Positions 44,685-53,958 of a stretch of DNA of 64,000 nt are shown piece by piece (the stretch's first letter is position 1; the number at the start of each line of letters is the position of its first letter). The stretch is from Patescibacteria group bacterium (GTDB taxonomy: Bacteria > Patescibacteriota > Patescibacteriia > UBA9934). The stretch covers positions 314,758-378,757 of the forward strand of contig JAGORL010000001.1 in the NCBI GenBank assembly GCA_018062825.1. The letters are read 5' to 3'. Both the position numbers and the translations under genes were made by a program. The notes beneath the pieces were generated by a model. It was not told the DNA's origin and searched no databases. It saw nothing but the letters and a program-made list of their open reading frames with translations.

Positions 44685-45697
44685 GTGAGGTAGATCGATC
44701 ACAAGCGGTCGGTTACGTTTCGCAAATTATTCGCGATGCTTTTGATTATCAGGATGAACCAGCAATCATTGTTGCTGACAATGAATCGGAGCTAGCGCGC
44801 GTGCTTGGCGAGGCTTATCATGCAGCGCTACCACAAGCGCACATGATTTGGTTTAAGAAAGAAGAGGCAGCACAAATTCGTGATGCACTTTTTGCTCTTC
44901 CGGAAAAAAGTCTCGTCGTGCTCGTGCAAACTAGTAGCTTCCGCCTTGATGACTTCCGGTTGCGTGTTGAGCTTTTTAAGCGATCATTAAAAGTGATTGA
45001 GCACCCGCATCTTGGTCGCATGAAAGATGCTGAGATCGACATCTATTTAAACGGACTTGAATACGATAAAGAATACTTGCGTGGCACCGGTGCTGAGCTT
45101 GCAGCGATTATCGATGCCTCAAGTGGGGGAGTGCTTGAATCACAATCAGGAGCCAAGTTGCATTACCCAGGTGCATTTGAGCCCGCCAAGTTAAACGTTG
45201 GTGATTACTCGCAAATGAAAAACATCGGTGGTCAATTTCCGATCGGCGAAGTATTTACTGAAGCGAAAGATGTTTTCGGTGTGAACGGAGAGGTCGACAT
45301 CTTTGCCTTTGGTGGCAACGATTTTCTGATACGTATTTTAGAAACACCTATTACGCTAGTGGTTGAAAATGGACTCGTGACACAAGTAAAGAACAGCACC
45401 CCTGATTTTGATGAAGTCATGAAAACGATTTCAACAAATGAGCGACCGCTTGTGCGTGAGCTCGGCCTTGGTCTGAATAAAGCCTTTGGTCGATCACACG
45501 CGGTGAGTGATGTTGGCACTTTTGAGCGTCAGTACGGTATTCACATGTCACTGGGTGAAAAGCACGCCATGTATAGCAAGGACGGTTTATCAAAGCGCGC
45601 CGGACGTTTTCACGTTGACGTGTTTATCGATGCCAAAAAACTCACCCTCGGGGAAACCGTGGTGTTTGAGAACGGAAAGTACACCAGTGAACGCTAA
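44681..45697 (+). CDS. Putative M29-family (aminopeptidase T/PepS-like) metallopeptidase-like protein.
   Basis: Loose match to the M29 block N.(I)P.GEVFT (NIGGQFPIGEVFTEA). Assignment is tentative. Confidence 0.35.
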   Translation: MSEVDRSQAVGYVSQIIRDAFDYQDEPAIIVADNESELARVLGEAYHAALPQAHMIWFKKEEAAQIRDALFALPEKSLVVLVQTSSFRLDDFRLRVELFKRSLKVIEHPHLGRMKDAEIDIYLNGLEYDKEYLRGTGAELAAIIDASSGGVLESQSGAKLHYPGAFEPAKLNVGDYSQMKNIGGQFPIGEVFTEAKDVFGVNGEVDIFAFGGNDFLIRILETPITLVVENGLVTQVKNSTPDFDEVMKTISTNERPLVRELGLGLNKAFGRSHAVSDVGTFERQYGIHMSLGEKHAMYSKDGLSKRAGRFHVDVFIDAKKLTLGETVVFENGKYTSER

Positions 45698-45840
45698 CGA
45701 TTCGAAATCTGAGAGATCTCAGGAGTCGAAGAATCGGTTGCTGTGATGTACGAAGTAGAGAAGGAGGTAACGCAGCCGGCGCCAACAAGTGCGAGAGCAG
45801 TGCCGACAAGCGCTGTGGATAAAAGTCGAGAGACAGGCAT
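45694..45840 (-). CDS. Candidate small lipoprotein (48 aa).
   Basis: Signal peptide with a lipobox (LVGAGC). Below the 60-aa ORF-track cutoff; found by manual translation. Confidence 0.3.
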   Translation of the reverse strand: MPVSRLLSTALVGTALALVGAGCVTSFSTSYITATDSSTPEISQISNR

Positions 45841-45857
45841 AATCCGCTAAATAGTGT

Positions 45858-45892
45858 ACTACAAACAAAAATCCCTCATGAAGCCGTGAGGG
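45858..45892 (-). terminator. Intrinsic terminator CCCTCA-cggcttca-TGAGGG followed by ATTTTTGTTTG (minus-strand read).
   Basis: Directly 3' of the small basic ORF at 45914-46048. Confidence 0.6.
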
Positions 45893-45913
45893 CTACCATG
45901 AAGGATTGCTTGT

Positions 45914-46048
45914 TTAGGCCTGAGCTTTTGCCTCCTGCTTAGCGAGACGCTTTGCCTTGTTCTTGCGGCGAGTAAAAGCAGCTTCTTTGCGCTTTACTGC
46001 AGTTCGGGAGTTTTGCTCCTTTCGAGAAAGTCGTTGGCGTGTTGGCAT
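45914..46048 (-). CDS. Candidate small basic protein (44 aa, MPTRQRLSRKEQNSRTAVKRKEAAFTRRKNKAKRLAKQEAKAQA).
   Basis: ATG start, highly basic, followed by its own terminator. Below the ORF-track cutoff. Possibly a ribosome- or nucleic-acid-associated small protein. Confidence 0.35.
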   Translation of the reverse strand: MPTRQRLSRKEQNSRTAVKRKEAAFTRRKNKAKRLAKQEAKAQA

Positions 46049-46102
46049 AGATTACGTAAATTCAGGAAGTAGTGTGCCAGAATAACAAAATTTGTCAAAC
46101 AT

Positions 46103-46378
46103 ATGCGAAATCTAGAACCAAAGTACAAAGGTTACCTCTTTATCTGCACCAATGTCCGTGATGATGGCCGAGAAAGCTGTGGAAAACGCGGCTCAGAAGA
46201 GGTTTTTGTGCAATTGAAAGAACAGGTCAAAGCCGCCATGCTTCCTATAAAGGTTGTGCGTAGCGGTTGCCTTGGCCACTGTGAACAAGGCATTACTGTC
46301 CTGAGCACCCTGCTTGGCACCTTTGGCGAGGTAACAATCGAGGATGTTGCGAAGATTATTGCGCTTCACCAGCTTTAA
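46103..46378 (+). CDS. Thioredoxin-like [2Fe-2S] ferredoxin-family protein.
   Basis: Cys pattern C(x4)C...C(x3)C (ICTNVRDDGRESCGKRG ... GCLGHCEQG), typical of NuoE/HoxF-like 2Fe-2S domains. Confidence 0.55.
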   Translation: MRNLEPKYKGYLFICTNVRDDGRESCGKRGSEEVFVQLKEQVKAAMLPIKVVRSGCLGHCEQGITVLSTLLGTFGEVTIEDVAKIIALHQL

Positions 46379-46451
46379 TCTTTCCTCTTTAATCCTTAAT
46401 CTCCCCAACACCCATTGACATATACCCTCAAATGCCCCAAAACAGACATAT

Positions 46452-47951
46452 ATGAATGTCACCGTTGCCAAGGGATCGCTCATGAAAGCGCAGTCTGAAG
46501 TCTTGGTGCTCCCAGTCTACAGTCTGACAAACGATGAAAAATCGTTGGCAAAACTGCCGGAAGCACATCAGCGTTTGGCGCAAAAGATGGCTAAGGCGCA
46601 AGAGTTTACCGGCGCTGTCGGTCAATCGCTCTTGTTGCCGGCGGTGCAGGATTCCGGTGCTGACGCGTTGCTGCTTGTTGGTTTTGGCGAACGACGTTCA
46701 AAAGATCTGACAAACGCCGTGCGTGAATGTGCGGGCGTGGCGGTTTCTCTCGCACGCAAGATGGGGCTACGAACAGTGGCGGTCGACTTTAGCGGCAAAG
46801 AGTTTAAAGAAGACGCGGTTGAAGCCTTTGTGCAAGCGGCTGATGCTGCTAACTATTCGTTTACAGTTTTTAAAAAGAAGATGGAGGACCGCAAGGTTGC
46901 TCAGATCGATCTTTTGGTAGCTGACGGCAAGGTGCTACCAAAGTTCCGCAAAGCTATCGAGCGCGCATTTATCGTTGCCGAAGGCGTTGCCCTTGCTCGC
47001 GACCTTGTGAACATGCCGGGCCAAGACATGACGCCAACGCGTCTTGCAGAAGCTGCGCAACAAGTGGCTGATGCTTCAGGTGGTGTGATCACCGTTACTA
47101 TTTTGGATAAAGATGAATGCGCTAAGCGCGGTATGGGCGCTTATCTCGCTGTCGCCCAGGGCGCCGATGAACCACCGAAGTTCATTCACCTGACCTACAC
47201 ATCGCCACGCCCAACAAAGCGTAGCTTGGCTGTGATAGGTAAGGGCGTCACTTTCGATTCCGGTGGTTTGTCCCTCAAGCCAGCTGACAGCATGATGACC
47301 ATGAAGTGCGACATGGCCGGCGCCGCCGCAGTGATCGGTTTGTTCTGCGCGCTTGCTCGTTTGAAGCCTCGCTTGAATGTGCACGGCGTTATTGCCGCCA
47401 CTGAGAACATGCCGTCCGGCAAAGCAATTCGCCCGGGTGACATTGTTCGCTCAGCTTCCGGAAAAACGATTGAGATTTTGAATACGGATGCTGAGGGTCG
47501 CCTCACGCTTGCTGATGCTTTGCATTACGTGCAAGAAGAGGTGAAGCCAGAAGCGATCGTGGATCTTGCTACGCTCACTGGCGCCTGTATGGTGGCGCTT
47601 GGTGAAGAGATCGCCGGCCTCATGACCAATACTCCGGCGCTTAGTAAGACAATGTTAAAGTCAGCTGAGCTTGCTGGTGAAAAGATGTGGGAGATGCCGC
47701 TTGAAAAGCGCTACCGATCACTGATCATTTCCGACGTTGCTGATTTGCGAAACATCGCCACGAGCCGTTACGGCGGCACGCTCACCGCTGGCCTCTTTGT
47801 GCAGGAGTTCGTTAACGCTGATATGCCATGGGCTCACCTTGATATCGCTGGCCCAGCCTTTGCCGAGCGACCGATGTCGTCCTATCTTGGAAAGGGTGGC
47901 ACCGGCTTTGGTGTCAAAACCTTGGTGGAGTGGCTAAAAGCCATCGAGTAA
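46452..47951 (+). CDS. pepA: Leucyl aminopeptidase (M17 family).
   Basis: NTDAEGRL signature with conserved K, D and E metal ligands (VGKGVTFDSGG). Confidence 0.9.
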   Translation: MNVTVAKGSLMKAQSEVLVLPVYSLTNDEKSLAKLPEAHQRLAQKMAKAQEFTGAVGQSLLLPAVQDSGADALLLVGFGERRSKDLTNAVRECAGVAVSLARKMGLRTVAVDFSGKEFKEDAVEAFVQAADAANYSFTVFKKKMEDRKVAQIDLLVADGKVLPKFRKAIERAFIVAEGVALARDLVNMPGQDMTPTRLAEAAQQVADASGGVITVTILDKDECAKRGMGAYLAVAQGADEPPKFIHLTYTSPRPTKRSLAVIGKGVTFDSGGLSLKPADSMMTMKCDMAGAAAVIGLFCALARLKPRLNVHGVIAATENMPSGKAIRPGDIVRSASGKTIEILNTDAEGRLTLADALHYVQEEVKPEAIVDLATLTGACMVALGEEIAGLMTNTPALSKTMLKSAELAGEKMWEMPLEKRYRSLIISDVADLRNIATSRYGGTLTAGLFVQEFVNADMPWAHLDIAGPAFAERPMSSYLGKGGTGFGVKTLVEWLKAIE

Positions 47952-47983
47952 TAGCACTAAAATGAGCGAAGAAAGAAGTAAAA

Positions 47984-48017
47984 CAGCCTTGACCCGAGGC
48001 TGTTTTTATGTTAGCAT
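47984..48017 (+). promoter_or_regulatory. pepA terminator (CAGCC-ttgacccga-GGCTG followed by TTTTT) whose loop and tail double as a sigma70-like promoter (TTGACC, 17-nt spacer, TAGCAT) for gene 48096.
   Basis: Direct reading. The -35 hexamer sits in the hairpin loop. Confidence 0.45.
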
Positions 48018-48095
48018 CGACTGTTACTTATTTGTATTGCACTTTCCATCTGGTACGGCAGATCCGTACACATCTTCATAAGGCCCAGGTGCCTG

Positions 48096-48938
48096 ATGAG
48101 CGTAAAGATGACGATCAACGTGAATGAAATCCTGGCTCAGCTCGGCGATGTTCAGAGCCTCGTCGCCACTCTCGCCAAGCAGGGACTGCCCGACGAGTTC
48201 TACGAACGGGTGCAGAACGACTCCCAGTTCCGGAAGAAGTTCATCACCTGGGCGCAGAAGCAGCTCAACTCCACCGGCCGTCTCGTTGCTCCCGACCCAG
48301 ACCACAATCCGTTCATGCTGAGCGTCGAGGAACAGATCTCTCGTCTGCGGCGCGCGAATGACGAGGAGGGCTGGGGAATCTCGGAGAAGATCCTCCAGAG
48401 CCTAGAGAAGAGCGCTCCGGAGTGGCCAAAGGGTCGCCTCGCGTTCCGCAGCTTCCGGATTCGCTTCGGGGAGGGGGTTGAGGGCATTACCCTGACGTTC
48501 AACTTGCACGTCAAACACATCGGATCAGTCTTCAAGAATGTGAATGTCCGAGGAGGGGAGCTCATCTCGAAGGGAGGGTGGATTTACTTGATATCCGGTA
48601 GCCACACGCATCAGCCGGTCATCGAGTGGGTCACCTTCGATCTTCTTGCTCACCGCACGCATGAACGCATCAAGGACGTGCAGGGACTGGAGTCGCTGGC
48701 GGACGAACTTCTCGTCTTCGTGTGGCTGTTTCTGGAATACATCGAGAAGATCGATTACGAGGAGAATCCTGCTCTGTTCGGGGCAGGTTACGACTTCTAC
48801 CATCATCATGTTACACCGTACATCGATTGGAAACGCGGTACTCGTGGGCGCCCCGGTACCCTGAGGATCGATATGAAGAACAGTGCGCGCAGGCTCAGTC
48901 GCTGGTGGCGCTACTCGATTCCTGCTCTTAGGAGCTAG
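48096..48938 (+). CDS. Hypothetical protein, paralog A of a two-member family (280 aa), in a GC-rich islet.
   Basis: Shares the blocks DPDhNPF, APEWPKGRLAFRSFRIRFGEG, HQPVIEWVTFDL, ADELLVFVWLF and FGAGYD with gene 55027-55761. Has its own terminator. Confidence 0.55.
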   Translation: MSVKMTINVNEILAQLGDVQSLVATLAKQGLPDEFYERVQNDSQFRKKFITWAQKQLNSTGRLVAPDPDHNPFMLSVEEQISRLRRANDEEGWGISEKILQSLEKSAPEWPKGRLAFRSFRIRFGEGVEGITLTFNLHVKHIGSVFKNVNVRGGELISKGGWIYLISGSHTHQPVIEWVTFDLLAHRTHERIKDVQGLESLADELLVFVWLFLEYIEKIDYEENPALFGAGYDFYHHHVTPYIDWKRGTRGRPGTLRIDMKNSARRLSRWWRYSIPALRS

Positions 48939-48955
48939 TCCAAGAAGCGCACGCT

Positions 48956-48994
48956 CACAGCCTCTGACTTCGGTCGGGGGCTGTTTCTTTTGGG
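48956..48994 (+). terminator. Intrinsic terminator CAGCCTCTGAC-ttcg-GTCGGGGGCTG followed by TTTCTTTTGGG.
   Basis: Near-identical to the terminator at 55815-55853, with a compensatory G:C to A:T stem change. Confidence 0.75.
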
Positions 48995-49091
48995 AAGAGT
49001 ATTGAGATAATGGGTGGTAGAGTGTAAAAGAAAAACATACGCCTGAAGCCACTTTAATCTTTTATCTTTACTCTTTAACCTTTAACCTCCT

Positions 49092-49388
49092 ATGCCCAAA
49101 CTCGTCCGCGACAATATCCCCGATATCATTACCGCTAAAGGCGAGCACTTTGTGTCGCACGTTGCTGACGACGCTGAGTATTGGCAGAGATTGAAAGAGA
49201 AGCTTGCAGAAGAAGTGGGGGAGTTTCAGAAAGATGAGAATGAAAGCGAGCTGGCTGATATTTTAGAAGTGATCGACGCCATTGTGGCGTATAAGAAATT
49301 CGATCAGGCCTCGATCGCGGTAGTCAAAGCGAAGAAGTTCGCTGAGCGTGGGGGATTTGCAAAGCGGATTGTGCTTGATGAGCACTAG
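49092..49388 (+). CDS. MazG-like / HisE-like all-alpha nucleotide pyrophosphohydrolase.
   Basis: KLVRDNIPDII...EYW..LKEKLAEEVGEF...ELADILEVIDAI matches the small NTP-PPase family. Confidence 0.55.
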   Translation: MPKLVRDNIPDIITAKGEHFVSHVADDAEYWQRLKEKLAEEVGEFQKDENESELADILEVIDAIVAYKKFDQASIAVVKAKKFAERGGFAKRIVLDEH

Positions 49389-49429
49389 TCAGTGGGGAGT
49401 AGAAAGTCGGCAGTAGTATGAGTGATAAC

Positions 49430-49475
49430 CAAAAAGAGCACCGGCTCAACGCCGCGTGCTCTTTCTTTAAAACTT
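49430..49475. terminator. Bidirectional terminator AAGAGCAC-(14 nt)-GTGCTCTT flanked by A- and T-tracts.
   Basis: Lies between convergent genes. Followed by a TCTTTAAAACTTTTAACTTTAAT tail. Confidence 0.65.
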
Positions 49476-49502
49476 TTAACTTTAATACTTTAACCTCCCA
49501 CT

Positions 49503-50027
49503 CTACGCCTTCCCAAGCGTGCTCTCACCTGGCTCCCACTCCATTGGGCAGAGTTCGCCGCTTTGAAGCGCCTTGATCACACGAACCACTTCCTTCACTG
49601 ATCGACCAACCGAGCCTGAGGAAACAACGCTATAACGAACGTTGCTGTCTGGATCGATGATGAACAAGCCGCGCTCAGCCAAGCCTTCATCCTCATTCAA
49701 AACCCCGTACGCACGGCTAACGCGGTGTGTGGTATCCGCAAGGACTGGATAGGTAACGTCAGCAAGATCACGTTCAAACCATGCCTTGTGACTCCACTCG
49801 GAATCCGTAGAAGCCGAGAGAACCTTTACTCCAAGATCATGCAATTCTGCCTCATGCTTGGCAAAGCCCTTGAGCTCTGTTGGACAAACAAAGGTAAAGT
49901 CACGTGGATAAAAGAAAAACACTAACCAGCTGCCCTTATAGTCGCTAAGACTTACTTTTACGAAGTCGCCCTTATGGTACGCAACAACATTAGAAAAATC
50001 TGGAGCAGGTTTACCGATAATAACCAT
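49503..50027 (-). CDS. Typical 2-Cys peroxiredoxin (AhpC/TSA family).
   Basis: Peroxidatic Cys in FTFVCPTE. Resolving Cys in GELCPMEWEPG (matching the EVCPAGW motif). Start at MVIIGKPAPDF. Confidence 0.85.
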   Translation of the reverse strand: MVIIGKPAPDFSNVVAYHKGDFVKVSLSDYKGSWLVFFFYPRDFTFVCPTELKGFAKHEAELHDLGVKVLSASTDSEWSHKAWFERDLADVTYPVLADTTHRVSRAYGVLNEDEGLAERGLFIIDPDSNVRYSVVSSGSVGRSVKEVVRVIKALQSGELCPMEWEPGESTLGKA

Positions 50028-50129
50028 AGACAAGCAATAAAGAATTTGCCTGAACATAGTAACAAGCGGTGACTAAGTCGCAAGGTAGGCTGTTGACCAA
50101 GGTCGGTAAAAAACGTACTTTACGTTCGT

Positions 50130-51293
50130 ATGAAAAAAGCGCTCACCTACGCCATTCCCGTTATTTCCGCAGTTGTCGTCTTTGGGGCGATCATGATTAT
50201 TCGTAACAATCAGATGGATAAAGCCATGGGCGGTTTATGGCCAACGCTTGATGGGGGAGTGTACGAGCAAGCCGTAAAGGTCGGAAAGTTGCAGTACCTT
50301 GTTCCGCCAAATGAGGTTGTGGATGGTGGTGTACAGGCAGAGGATCTTCCAGCGCTCAATGAGCCAACGTTTGGTTCAATCGCGGCTGAGGATGAAAAGC
50401 TCGCTGATGACGTTAGCGGTATTGTTGTCACTTCCGGTTCAGAGGCGCGATTCTACTCCTTCCAAATTCTCAACTGGCATTACGCAGTGAATGATGTGAT
50501 CGGTGGCAAGAATGTTGCCGTAACGTATTCGCCACTTTCTGGTTCCGTAGCAGTTTATGATCGTGGCGACATGCAGCTTCAGGCATCAGCCAAGCTCTAC
50601 AACAACATCATGTTGTTAACAGACGGTTCAGATAGTTTGTGGAATCAATTGAACGGTCAGCGCGTTGTTGGTGAATCTGTTGGTGAGGTTTTGGTAAGCC
50701 AACCGTTTGCTGTCATGACCTGGGCAAGCTTTAAGGCCGCATACCCACAAGGTCAAGCGCTTTCAACTGAAACCGGTCATGTACGCGCGTACGGCATTCA
50801 TCCATACGGAAGTTACGATAATGCATCATCAGTCTATTTCCCATTAAACCACTTGGACTCCAGTCAGCCACTGAAGGCGATCATGCACGCGGTAGCAAAT
50901 GGCGGCACCACGGTTCTCGTGCCAGACGTCCAGGTCTTTGCAAATAACGCGCTCAACCTTGAAGTCGGCGATCTGCCGGTCATGGGTCGCTTCATGGATG
51001 GCGATGCCGTACGTTTCTTTGATCGTCGTGTTGAAGGCGTAACCTTAACGTTTAGCGTCTCCTCAGGTGGCGTTGTAACGGATGACCAAACCGGTTCGGT
51101 TTGGAACGGTGAAGGTGAGGCAGTCAGTGGCGAGTATCGTGGCGTGCGCTTAACGCAAGTTGTTAGCATGCGCTCATTCGCCTTTGCCGCTTTGGCCATG
51201 TATCCTCAAGCAGAAGTTATCGGTGCCGTGACAGGTGAGGCGGCTGCGGAGGCTGACGTCCCAGCTGAACCAATTGAAATCAATGTCGAATAA
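50130..51293 (+). CDS. DUF3179-family protein with an N-terminal membrane anchor.
   Basis: TM anchor followed by NDVIGGKNVAVTYSPLSGSVAVYDR, which resembles the DUF3179 core. Assignment tentative. Confidence 0.4.
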   Translation: MKKALTYAIPVISAVVVFGAIMIIRNNQMDKAMGGLWPTLDGGVYEQAVKVGKLQYLVPPNEVVDGGVQAEDLPALNEPTFGSIAAEDEKLADDVSGIVVTSGSEARFYSFQILNWHYAVNDVIGGKNVAVTYSPLSGSVAVYDRGDMQLQASAKLYNNIMLLTDGSDSLWNQLNGQRVVGESVGEVLVSQPFAVMTWASFKAAYPQGQALSTETGHVRAYGIHPYGSYDNASSVYFPLNHLDSSQPLKAIMHAVANGGTTVLVPDVQVFANNALNLEVGDLPVMGRFMDGDAVRFFDRRVEGVTLTFSVSSGGVVTDDQTGSVWNGEGEAVSGEYRGVRLTQVVSMRSFAFAALAMYPQAEVIGAVTGEAAAEADVPAEPIEINVE

Positions 51294-51960
51294 CGCCGGA
51301 TCACTTTTTATTGTCGCAACCCCGATTGGCAACCTCGGTGATATTTCGTTTCGCGCAAAAGAGGTGCTCGGGAGTGTTGATCAGGTGTTGTGTGAGGATA
51401 CGCGCGTAACCGCTCGCCTCATGGCAGCGCTTGAAATTCGCCCTTCACTACAATCGTTCCACGAACACACTGATCCCATGAAGCGCCGCGCGCTTGTAGA
51501 GATGATCCTAGAAGGAAAGTCGCTCGCGCTCGTAACCGATGCTGGTACACCAGCTATTTCAGACCCCGGCGGCGCCCTTGTTGCTGATTGCGTGAAGGCC
51601 GGGATCAAGGTTCTGCCAATCCCTGGCGCTTCCGCCGTCATCGCGGCACTGTCTGTCAGCGGCTTCATGTTTGATCGGTTTACCTTTGTTGGCTTTCCAC
51701 CACACAAGAAAGGCCGAGAAACCTTCTTCCGTGAGCTCGAGCGTCTGGATCACGTGATTGTCTTGTACGAATCCACGCACCGTATTGAAAAAACGCTCAC
51801 CTCACTTGCTGCGCTCAATCGTCCACTGGTTGTTTGTCGTGAACTTACTAAGTTGCACGAAACAATCTATCGCGGTTCAGCACAAGAAATCATGCAGCAA
51901 TTGAGTCAGACAAGTAGTAAAGGAGAGTTTGTGATCGTCGTCGGTAATGCAATAGCATAA
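51283..51960 (+). CDS. rsmI: 16S rRNA (cytidine1402-2'-O)-methyltransferase RsmI.
   Basis: Tetrapyrrole-methylase fold: LFIVATPIGNLGDISFRA...CEDTR. Start overlaps the previous stop (ATGTCGAATAA). Confidence 0.85.
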   Translation: MSNNAGSLFIVATPIGNLGDISFRAKEVLGSVDQVLCEDTRVTARLMAALEIRPSLQSFHEHTDPMKRRALVEMILEGKSLALVTDAGTPAISDPGGALVADCVKAGIKVLPIPGASAVIAALSVSGFMFDRFTFVGFPPHKKGRETFFRELERLDHVIVLYESTHRIEKTLTSLAALNRPLVVCRELTKLHETIYRGSAQEIMQQLSQTSSKGEFVIVVGNAIA

Positions 51961-52005
51961 CGTCTTTAACACTTTTCACTTTAATACTTTAATCTCACCC
52001 CTCCT

Positions 52006-53460
52006 GTGCCAACCCGCTACATAACCGCCTCAATTCCGTACGTAAACGCCGTGCCGCACATCGGTCACGCGCTTGAGTTCGTGCAAGTTGATTTCTTGTT
52101 GCGCTACTACCGCGCACAAGGCGAGAATGTTCGCGGTCAGTTTGGTAGCGACGACAACTCGCTCAAGAACGTGCGAGCCGCTCAGGCAGCGGGGGAGGAG
52201 ACTGAGGCGTACGTAGCTCGTCACTCGCAGGTTTTCAAAGAGCTGCAAGAGCTTCTCGGTTTGTCATTTGATGATTTTATTCGTACCCGTGAGGATCGCC
52301 ACATGCGTGGCGCGCAAAAGTTGTGGTCACTCATGAAGCCTGAGGACGTCTACAAGAAGTCATACCAAGGTTTGTATTGCGTGGGTTGTGAGGCTTTTTA
52401 TAATGAAGCCGATCTTGTTGAGGGTTTGTGTCCAGTGCACAAGAAGGCGCTTGAAACCGTTACTGAGGAAAACTATTTCTTCCGTTTGTCGAGTTATCAA
52501 AAACAACTTGAAGAACTTGTTGCATCAGACAAAATCAAAGTCTGGCCAGAGAATCGCAAGAATGAAATGCTTGCTTTTATTCGTCGTGGCTTAGAAGATT
52601 TCAGCATCTCTCGTTCGGTTGAACGCGCGGAGCACTGGGGCGTGCCAGTACCAAACGATCCATCACAAGTTATGTACGTTTGGGTTGATGCCTTGTCCAA
52701 CTACATCAACGCTCTTGGGTTTGCTGACGACGATAAAGCGTACGATACCTTCTGGAAGAATGCGGATGTCCGTACACATGTGCTTGGTAAAGACATTTCG
52801 CGCTTTCATGTTATTTACTGGCCAGCTTTCTTGCTCTCCGCCGGTCAGCCACTCCCAACAGAAATCTTTGTGCACGGCTTTTTGACCGTTGATGGTCAGA
52901 AGATGAGTAAGTCACTTGGGAACGTTATTGCTCCAGCTGATCTTGTTGCTGACTTTGGCGTGGAGGCTGTGCGCTACGCACTGCTTCGCGAGCTTCCACT
53001 AAGTAACGATGGCGATATTGGTAAGGCGCGTATGGAAGAGCGTTACGCTGAGCTTGCTAATAACCTCGGGAACCTCGTGGGTCGCGTGGCTGCCATGGCA
53101 AACAAGTACTTTGAAGGTGCGGTAGACGATATTGCTTTTCATGATGCTGACGCATTGACCGCTAAGCTCAAAGAGGCCGTGGCTCGCTACGACTTCCGAA
53201 CGTACATAGAGCTTGTCTGGTCAGTCGTTGATGCCGCCAACCATAAGATTGATGTTGAAGCGCCATTTAAGACCGCCAAAACTGATCTCGCTGCGTGCAA
53301 AAAGACCTTGTCAGAACTTGCTGGCATGATTCGCTTCATTGCGGAGGCGCTCAAGCCGGTCATTCCAAACGCTGCCGCTGAAATCAGTAAACGGTATACT
53401 GGAGAAAAACTCACCCACGGCGAGCCACTTTTCCCTCGCCGCGATCAAGAAAAAGTCTAG
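52006..53460 (+). CDS. metG: Methionine--tRNA ligase (short form without the C-terminal tRNA-binding extension).
   Basis: HIGH motif (PHIGHAL), zinc knuckle (CVGCEAF...CPVH) and KMSKS. GTG start. Confidence 0.9.
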   Translation: MPTRYITASIPYVNAVPHIGHALEFVQVDFLLRYYRAQGENVRGQFGSDDNSLKNVRAAQAAGEETEAYVARHSQVFKELQELLGLSFDDFIRTREDRHMRGAQKLWSLMKPEDVYKKSYQGLYCVGCEAFYNEADLVEGLCPVHKKALETVTEENYFFRLSSYQKQLEELVASDKIKVWPENRKNEMLAFIRRGLEDFSISRSVERAEHWGVPVPNDPSQVMYVWVDALSNYINALGFADDDKAYDTFWKNADVRTHVLGKDISRFHVIYWPAFLLSAGQPLPTEIFVHGFLTVDGQKMSKSLGNVIAPADLVADFGVEAVRYALLRELPLSNDGDIGKARMEERYAELANNLGNLVGRVAAMANKYFEGAVDDIAFHDADALTAKLKEAVARYDFRTYIELVWSVVDAANHKIDVEAPFKTAKTDLAACKKTLSELAGMIRFIAEALKPVIPNAAAEISKRYTGEKLTHGEPLFPRRDQEKV

Positions 53461-53463
53461 CCT

Positions 53464-53955
53464 ATGTTCGCACTCCAGCCTTGGCATATTGATCTCATCA
53501 TTGGCTTCATCGGCCTTGTGTTTGTGATTTTAGGCATGCGGGCTGGTGGTGTGCGGGCGATCGGGAGTCTAATCAGTCTCATTGTCAGTATTCTTGTTGG
53601 AATATTTGGCATCATGGCGCTTGAGGAGTGGACGGGCATGGATCTGACAAGTAACCCGATCATCCTCGTGCTCGTCTTTGTGCTGCTCTCGGTTATCACA
53701 AGTAAGCTCGCGCAACTCATAATCAACGCAATGGATTTGGTGCGCCGCGCCATGTCTATCATTCCTTTTGTAAACTTAGCGAACAGTCTGGCAGGTGGCG
53801 TTGTCGGTATCTTTAAAACACTGCTACTCATTGCGTTGATCGCCTACGTCTCCGTTTACTGGCTGCCAGCAACTGCGGAATACCGCAAGGCAATCCTGCA
53901 GTCACAGACCATCTCCTTTGGCGTCGATTCACTCGACGGCATCAAGGTTTTCTAA
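53464..53955 (+). CDS. cvpA: CvpA-family membrane protein.
   Basis: Four-TM small protein of the CvpA (colicin V production) type. Confidence 0.6.
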   Translation: MFALQPWHIDLIIGFIGLVFVILGMRAGGVRAIGSLISLIVSILVGIFGIMALEEWTGMDLTSNPIILVLVFVLLSVITSKLAQLIINAMDLVRRAMSIIPFVNLANSLAGGVVGIFKTLLLIALIAYVSVYWLPATAEYRKAILQSQTISFGVDSLDGIKVF

Positions 53956-53958
53956 ACT

